IMG/VR virus record: IMGVR_UViG_3300042010_000129
Coordinates: 64,001-128,000 of that record
Source: a virus
Taxonomy: Duplodnaviria; Caudoviricetes
Reading direction: 5' to 3' (one strand)
Length of the DNA stretch: 64,000 nucleotides
The notes below the pieces were generated by a model. It made no database searches and was not told where the DNA came from. It was given only the letters and a program-made list of their open reading frames with translations. Position 1 is the stretch's first letter; each line of letters opens with the position of its first letter. Shown here piece by piece: positions 58,378 to 64,000 of the stretch. Both the position numbers and the translations under genes were made by a program.

Positions 58378-58943
58378 GCCGTGGCCTGCTTGAATGCTGC
58401 GTTCAGGATTTTGCGTTCGATAACGTGACGGAAATCCTCAGTGTCGGAATCGTGGTAACGGGCACCAACCCAAACAAAACTCCAACCGCCATTTCCAGCC
58501 AGACGCACGATCAACGCGCCTTCACCGGCCAGCCCCGTGTAGATTTCCAGCAGGCAGTTTACGAACCGTGGCAGATGGTACATAAAACCCGGAAACCGTT
58601 CGGCTTCATTCGCGGGAGTTTTCAACGAAATGCCGGGACTGTTCAAAATGCCGGACGCTTCGATTGCATCGGTCAGCATTTTGCAGTGGATTTCAGCGTC
58701 GAATTCCTCGGCTTCAGTTGCAGGTTCAGGTGCCGCGACATTGAAGTTTGGCACTTCAACCTTCACGAAGAAATATTCGTCTTGGAAATTGTTGTGTACC
58801 AAATCTTCCCACACTTCGGCACCGATAACGCCGATGGTGCCACCGTCGTACTCGACCACGGAATAAATCTGCGTGTCGCTTTTGAGAACTTTCCAGTACA
58901 AACCATTTTCGGTCAGCTGGTGCCACTCAAGATACTTATCCAT
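58374..58943 (-). CDS. Hypothetical protein of the same N-domain family (189 aa; start MDKYLEW)
   Basis: LEWHQLTENGLYW..FFVKVEVP; TAATG coupling at 58943. Confidence 0.7.
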   Translation of the reverse strand: MDKYLEWHQLTENGLYWKVLKSDTQIYSVVEYDGGTIGVIGAEVWEDLVHNNFQDEYFFVKVEVPNFNVAAPEPATEAEEFDAEIHCKMLTDAIEASGILNSPGISLKTPANEAERFPGFMYHLPRFVNCLLEIYTGLAGEGALIVRLAGNGGWSFVWVGARYHDSDTEDFRHVIERKILNAAFKQATA

Positions 58944-59272
58944 TAATCGGCCCTCATGATCATTCGTCGGACTGTCTGCGCGTGGCATTGTTTGGGCCAG
59001 CAATGGCAGGTCAGTCGCAGGTTTTCACCGCGCAAATATCTGGTGCGCAATTCCATAATTCGCTTCCAATATTTCCCTTTCTTCTGCATACGTCTTTCTG
59101 CGTAGGCATCATAAAGCGCACAGCTTTTCTTTCGTGAGCCGGTTTCGCTAATCGGGTATTTGTTCCCGAATATCGTTTTGCGATCCACGCGCACATCACT
59201 GTAACCGGGTTTAGGCGGATCGTTGACCCGCCCCACAATCACGGTGCCTGTAGAACCAAACAAACCCGCCAT
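58943..59272 (-). CDS. DUF4326-like protein
   Basis: VRVDRKTIFGNKYPI...LTCHCWPKQCHA matches the DUF4326 pattern (R...GNP.. and L.C.C.P..CH). Confidence 0.8.
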   Translation of the reverse strand: MAGLFGSTGTVIVGRVNDPPKPGYSDVRVDRKTIFGNKYPISETGSRKKSCALYDAYAERRMQKKGKYWKRIMELRTRYLRGENLRLTCHCWPKQCHAQTVRRMIMRAD

Positions 59273-59875
59273 TTATTCCTCGGATTTGCAGACTACTTCC
59301 CGCTCGACACGGCGCAGAGATTCCGCCAGCATTTTTGCCATCGGGTGCGCTTTGCAACCGGGGCCGTAGGACACGTCAAACGAATCGTTGTCCAGATCGA
59401 CAGTGACGGCCAGCTTCGGAAGTTCTGGATGGCGAATGGTGAAGAACGCTTTTTCTTCCGTGTCCTGCATCATATGCACATCGGAAAATTCCAACTTCTG
59501 GATATCCGCGATCAGTGCAGCCTTCCACTTTTCCAGATGCGTGATCAGCGGATTGGATTCGGTCGGAATTACTTCACGGAAAGCGCGAACTGCTTCGTCC
59601 CGCAGGTATCCGTAATCGCCCGATTTTGGCACCACGAAATAATTGCCGTCGAGGTCGATCATCAGGTTAATGCGCAGAGTGCCCGACCACTTTTGCACGT
59701 AACCGCGAACCGTGGTGCCGATGCATTTCTTATTTTCGTGACTGCTCCACCACGTAGGGCCGTTGGCTTCCCACGTAACAGCGCGTCCACCTTCAGCGGT
59801 ATCGACCGGCAGGTTTTTCGAAGCGGCTTTGCACCATTTGCGCAGACGATCTTTCAGCAGATTGTTATCCATCAC
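59273..59875 (-). CDS. Hypothetical protein (200 aa)
   Basis: ATGA coupling, consistent codon style. Confidence 0.7.
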   Translation of the reverse strand: MMDNNLLKDRLRKWCKAASKNLPVDTAEGGRAVTWEANGPTWWSSHENKKCIGTTVRGYVQKWSGTLRINLMIDLDGNYFVVPKSGDYGYLRDEAVRAFREVIPTESNPLITHLEKWKAALIADIQKLEFSDVHMMQDTEEKAFFTIRHPELPKLAVTVDLDNDSFDVSYGPGCKAHPMAKMLAESLRRVEREVVCKSEE

Positions 59876-60594
59876 ATGACCTCAAGTTCAAGGAACGTAT
59901 ATTCTTGTCGCCGGGTGATCCGCGTATACACTTCGATATCCGGCAGTTCGATATTTTCCGAAGTGGTGCGGTGATCCAGAATCTCAGGCATGATTTCAAA
60001 TTCACGCATGGAAGCCATCACATTTTCGTTCTTCACAATAGACGCCAACAAATCGCGCCGACCGCCACCGCCCATGATTTGCATGCGGTTATCATAGTGA
60101 CCGATTTGCAGCGCATAAACACCGGGATCAGCAGCTTTTCCAGTCAGATGCCTACGCAAATCCGAATGACCGTTCATAGAGTGCCCCCGTGCGTCACAGG
60201 TGATCCAGAACAGTTCTACGTCGATGCCTTTTGGCTGAATGATGTAACCCGGTCTACATTGACGGGAACTTTTCTTCGCTTCCAAAGGCATTTTTGCATA
60301 GGTGTAAAATTCTTTTAATGCAGTGGCCGCATATTCTTCGTACAACGGCCAATCAGCATGGGCACGCTCAAATGCCTGTTGAACCCGGCGGAACGAGTCC
60401 GCCAGATTCTCACCAGTAGGCTGGATTCTCTCCCCTCCCGCATGGTTTACCCAAACATCCGGCGCCCCCAAGAATTTCTCGTGAATCGCCACCTCGAAAC
60501 GGTCGGTGATGATTGACAAGGCAAATGCGTCTTCGCGGATAAATTTCTTACCTACGAGTTCTTCAACTGCTGGAATAAATTCTTGGAGTTCCAT
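59872..60594 (-). CDS. Hypothetical protein (240 aa)
   Basis: Long ORF in a packed block. Confidence 0.7.
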   Translation of the reverse strand: MELQEFIPAVEELVGKKFIREDAFALSIITDRFEVAIHEKFLGAPDVWVNHAGGERIQPTGENLADSFRRVQQAFERAHADWPLYEEYAATALKEFYTYAKMPLEAKKSSRQCRPGYIIQPKGIDVELFWITCDARGHSMNGHSDLRRHLTGKAADPGVYALQIGHYDNRMQIMGGGGRRDLLASIVKNENVMASMREFEIMPEILDHRTTSENIELPDIEVYTRITRRQEYTFLELEVM

Positions 60595-60600
60595 TTGGAT

Positions 60601-61563
60601 TTACCCGCGATTGGTCGGAGTGAACTTCATTTTACCGTTCGGCAATTTCTCGAAAGTACCAGTGGTATGCAAGATGCCAGCGCCGAGGCGCCACATGGAT
60701 TGCGGGAAACCTTCGATGGATTCCAGAATCGGCGTGGTTTCGATTTCAGCAGGATTGGTGATGGTCACGTAAACCCCATCACGCCACATTTTGAAACCTT
60801 CGTGCGTTACGCGCAGCAAACAAACGTCAGGGAAATCCTTCAGCACGATATCGCAGAACGGGAAATCATACTGATACGACGGACGCTCCTGTACTTGATG
60901 GCGGAACGAACGAACCGGGACAAGGTTCAGATAATCCTGAACGATTGCCATACCGCCACGATGCCAAACCTTCGAAACAGCGGCTGCTTTCTCGACAGTG
61001 TTGATGTATTTTTCCGCATGCTCGAAATCGACCATGTTGATTACATCGTCACGTTTGGTTGGGCCGGAGCGGTAATTGATCCGGTACTCCCACTTTTTCG
61101 TATCGCACGTAATCACGATGCGACCACCGGGACAGGTGGAGGCATACACGAAGTACGGACGTTTTTCGCTGGCTTCCTTTTCGATAAAGCCGTTGGAACC
61201 GATGGCAGCTGCCAAACGATTCAGGAAATCATGAGTTTGAATCGAGATTTCCGGATCGCAAGGTTTTTCCTTAGCAGCTTGAAGACGATGCGAAACGCTA
61301 AGCAGCATTTCTTTATCGTAATCGTCACCGGCAGGGATGCTGCAATTGACAGCCAGTTCGTCGTCGGAATTAAGCGTTACATCCAGCGAGAAATACTTAT
61401 CAGTGCAGCGGTTGTAGACTTCGAATGCAAGGCCCTCGACAGCAGGCCCGTTAGTGCCACCGCTTGCGATGGTGCCAACGGATTTCTTCGAGAGTGGCAA
61501 ACCAGCAGGGAAAGCTTGGTTTACGATTGCACGTAATTGGTCATGCATAGATTGCATCGTCAT
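60601..61563 (-). CDS. Hypothetical protein (320 aa)
   Basis: SD AAGGA; long ORF. Confidence 0.75.
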   Translation of the reverse strand: MTMQSMHDQLRAIVNQAFPAGLPLSKKSVGTIASGGTNGPAVEGLAFEVYNRCTDKYFSLDVTLNSDDELAVNCSIPAGDDYDKEMLLSVSHRLQAAKEKPCDPEISIQTHDFLNRLAAAIGSNGFIEKEASEKRPYFVYASTCPGGRIVITCDTKKWEYRINYRSGPTKRDDVINMVDFEHAEKYINTVEKAAAVSKVWHRGGMAIVQDYLNLVPVRSFRHQVQERPSYQYDFPFCDIVLKDFPDVCLLRVTHEGFKMWRDGVYVTITNPAEIETTPILESIEGFPQSMWRLGAGILHTTGTFEKLPNGKMKFTPTNRG

Positions 61564-61631
61564 CTTCCTTTGGTGGGGATGTTGCGGTTGGTACAGCGTT
61601 GGTGTTGCCCTTTATATTTACAGTTTTTAAA

Positions 61632-62618
61632 TCACTCGGCCAACTGAAGGGGCCGCATGCGATCTTCGATGATTGCGACGGCCTTGCGGCTGATATCGTG
61701 CATACTGCAAGTGCAGGTCACACGTGCATTGTCGTATACGCGGAACCACAATTTGAAATCTTTATCCGTTTTGGAATGCAGCGTAACACCCGCCGATTCA
61801 ATCAGGCCTTTCAGTGGCCCGGTCTTATGCACTTCGGCCCGAACGCTGCCCACGACGAAAAGGTCAAGGTCTGCGAAGTCCGGGTTATCGTCAATGGCCA
61901 GCGTCAGGTCGCACAGAGTCTTTTCCGGACGGATGCGTTTGATTGGACAAACGTAGTCGGCATCACCGATTACAATCCAACCCAAATCCGATTCGTCTTC
62001 GAGTTCATAGCGAACGTTTTCAGACACGAACATATCCATTTGGCGACTGCCGCAACGCCGCTCGGAAATCTTGTCGTATTCGGTGATTGGAACGGCTGCA
62101 ATTTCTTCTGCGCTCTGTGCCGTCAGTACGTGGCCGGATCGTTTGAACACACCGCCAAGGGCCGTGCGCGATGGCTGGTATTTGATACCGGAACCGTACA
62201 CGTTGAACAGCACTAAATCAGAACCTTCGAGGATAACGTCCACACGCGGGCGCAGGTTGTATTCCCATTTGTAAAACACTTCGGCTTTACGGATCTTTTC
62301 CAGTTCTTGAATCAGCTGCTCGATGCGCAGGATTTCTTTTTTGCGCGCTTCGTAACGGGTGATGATTGCGAACGCCAGATGCATCAACACATGGTCGTAA
62401 TCAATTTCACCCTCGGCCCCACGCATCGGACGCATTTCGAGGTCGATGCCCGGCGCGGTGAACGTGACTTTTTCCACGCTGCGCTCGCCGTACATGAGAT
62501 ATTCGATACGCAGTTTGCCACGGTCAGTTTCGACAAAATCATCGCCGCATTGCAGCCGGTCGAATTCACCGTTAATGTGTTCCTGACATTTCAGAACAAA
62601 CGTTTCGAGATTCATCAA
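61632..62618 (-). CDS. Hypothetical protein (328 aa)
   Basis: ATGA coupling to the upstream gene; long ORF. Confidence 0.75.
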   Translation of the reverse strand: MMNLETFVLKCQEHINGEFDRLQCGDDFVETDRGKLRIEYLMYGERSVEKVTFTAPGIDLEMRPMRGAEGEIDYDHVLMHLAFAIITRYEARKKEILRIEQLIQELEKIRKAEVFYKWEYNLRPRVDVILEGSDLVLFNVYGSGIKYQPSRTALGGVFKRSGHVLTAQSAEEIAAVPITEYDKISERRCGSRQMDMFVSENVRYELEDESDLGWIVIGDADYVCPIKRIRPEKTLCDLTLAIDDNPDFADLDLFVVGSVRAEVHKTGPLKGLIESAGVTLHSKTDKDFKLWFRVYDNARVTCTCSMHDISRKAVAIIEDRMRPLQLAE

Positions 62619-62857
62619 ACGATCCTTAGCCGTGGTCGGCAGATATTTTTAACCATCTGGATTAACCGGTCGTTCTCTTCGAACACAACGCCGGTTGCTT
62701 CCACTTCGTGCGGGTTTTCCCACACCTTAATAATTCCGAGGCTCACGCCACACACCGTGATCATCCAGCCGGTGAAGTCGCGGTCATTGTGACAGCCACA
62801 AATGTCATTCAGATGCAGACGAAAAATGTCCTGAAGTTCTTCTTTCTGATCGGTCAT
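62615..62857 (-). CDS. Hypothetical protein (80 aa)
   Basis: SD AGGA upstream. Confidence 0.65.
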   Translation of the reverse strand: MTDQKEELQDIFRLHLNDICGCHNDRDFTGWMITVCGVSLGIIKVWENPHEVEATGVVFEENDRLIQMVKNICRPRLRIV

Positions 62858-62880
62858 AATTTCCTACCCTAGAAAGAGCG

Positions 62881-62902
62881 ATGGCGCCCCGGAGGACGCC
62901 AT
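62881..62902 (-). terminator. Hairpin downstream of the NUDIX gene (weak U-tract)
   Basis: - strand ATGGCGTCC-TCCG-GGGCGCCAT followed by CGCTCTTTCT. Confidence 0.45.
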
Positions 62903-62908
62903 TTGCTT

Positions 62909-63427
62909 TTACGCGGCTTTCTTCAATTTTGCAGGCTTCAATTTCTTGATCGCCTCTTTGTCTTTCTTCGGCAGCTTCTTGATTTCGTCAAGGAACTTGT
63001 GGTGTTCCCGGCTCAGCTTATCGCGAGCTTCCGGAAGGGTGAACCACTTGCGTTTCCGCATGTGCTTTTCCTGCCAGTCGTCCAGCTGCGTGTGAAACTC
63101 CATCGCGTACATCACGACGTTTTGTTTCATGCCGTCTTTTTCGTATTGGAACTTGCCGATCTTTTTGGTAACGGTGCCGGAAACTCCCGCCTCTTCCCAA
63201 CATTCTTTCGCTGCGTTTTCGCGAGCGTCCAAATGCTTTTCCTGACCGCCTTTGGTAAAGCCCCACCAAGCGCCTTTCTTCAATTTCTTGACCAGACAAA
63301 CTTGACGGATACCATCCTTGTCCCGGTAAGGAATGCAGCCCGATTGTTCACGGACTTTCATTTTCTTTTTCTTTTCCGGTTTTTTGGATTTGGCTACTGC
63401 GATTTGGAGTTCTACCTGCATTTGCAT
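62909..63427 (-). CDS. NUDIX hydrolase (Ap4A/DIPP-like) with N-terminal tag MQ(MQ)VELQIAVAK and basic tails
   Basis: REQSGCIPYR, and Nudix box KGGQEKHLDARENAAKECWEEAGV. Confidence 0.9.
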   Translation of the reverse strand: MQMQVELQIAVAKSKKPEKKKKMKVREQSGCIPYRDKDGIRQVCLVKKLKKGAWWGFTKGGQEKHLDARENAAKECWEEAGVSGTVTKKIGKFQYEKDGMKQNVVMYAMEFHTQLDDWQEKHMRKRKWFTLPEARDKLSREHHKFLDEIKKLPKKDKEAIKKLKPAKLKKAA

Positions 63428-63496
63428 ACAGCCCCTTGTTAGTTAATGGAACGGGGGAATAACCCCATCCCTATTAAATTACTGCTCACTGTATAT

Positions 63497-63958
63497 TTAC
63501 AGTTTTGCGGGGGCCGCTTTAAAGCCTAGTGCGTACAGCGTTACGGACTTCTTGTCACCGTCCAACAGTCGGTCAGTGGTTGCGCAATGTGCGGTGCGGA
63601 ATGTGCCTACACATTTCTCAGAAACCCACGACAAACCATATTCAAACGCCACGTCGAGGAACGCACCGGGATTGAGCAAGGTAGCGACTTCGTTGCCGAC
63701 CACTTCGTATTTCCGCTTCGGCATTTCCTGCGTGAACATTTCTTCAATTCGGCAAAGGAATTGCGACGTGTTGGAAAAATAGAAATAGTTCCGTGGCCCT
63801 TCTGGTTCGTCACCGTCTTCTAGTTCATCGTCGTATCCGGGCAGTTGGAACATTTCCGTTGCAACGAATTTGAAAATGCCTTGGTGCCTGTGCGCACCAC
63901 TGGTCTTTGCCAGATAGGCAACGATGTGTTTGCCAAGAAAGAAATATGCCAGATGCAT
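63497..63958 (-). CDS. Hypothetical protein (at least 153 aa; may be 5'-truncated by the window edge)
   Basis: The frame stays open from 63958 to the window end at 64000. Confidence 0.6.
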   Translation of the reverse strand: MHLAYFFLGKHIVAYLAKTSGAHRHQGIFKFVATEMFQLPGYDDELEDGDEPEGPRNYFYFSNTSQFLCRIEEMFTQEMPKRKYEVVGNEVATLLNPGAFLDVAFEYGLSWVSEKCVGTFRTAHCATTDRLLDGDKKSVTLYALGFKAAPAKL

Positions 63959-64000
63959 TCTCGGCAGATCGGTGGTGCGAGCTTCTAACGGCGTGCCCGT

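Noticed and set aside
59273-62618. Possible paralogy among the four consecutive 200-330 aa - strand hypothetical proteins
   Set aside because: Only a vague similarity in beta-strand patterning; no shared motif could be aligned by eye.

Overview
The window is a 64 kb slice of a large (jumbo-like) contractile-tailed dsDNA phage genome, roughly 50% GC. It probably infects a Gram-negative host, possibly a Pseudomonas-like one; that is inferred from a lipoprotein spanin and the gene style. There are four strand blocks. (1) + strand, 1-11.3 kb: genes for a GNAT, an ADP-ribosyltransferase-like protein, three large paralogues and small basic proteins. Seven of these share a short N-terminal peptide of the form M-E-h-x-[ILM]-A-[LV]-A-[AGS]. 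(2) - strand, 11.4-17.2 kb: DHFR, thymidylate synthase and small hypothetical proteins. (3) + strand, 17.3-55.4 kb: baseplate genes (PAAR/gp5.4, gp25-like, gp6-like, an Ig-studded wedge), a very large fibre/adhesin array (four collagen-like stalks; CUB-like, Calx-beta, PA14-like, LamG, discoidin and Gly-rich domains), an envelope-targeted cassette and a lysis cassette. (4) - strand, 55.5-64 kb: hypothetical proteins, a DUF4326 protein and a NUDIX hydrolase that carries the same N-terminal peptide. The best candidate for an undescribed system is a shared N-terminal address tag, hypothesised to be a capsid-targeting/protease-cleavage leader analogous to the T4 CTS. It would load enzymes (GNAT, ART-like, NUDIX, three polymorphic paralogues) into the head for injection. 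The second candidate is a collectin-like modular fibre system: collagen stalks with a conserved Cys, separately encoded disulfide-rich tips, and lectin domains inserted at the same loop of Calx-beta scaffolds. No tRNA, rRNA, CRISPR array, integrase or transposon was seen. All family assignments come from motif recognition by eye, without database searches, and domain sub-coordinates are approximate.
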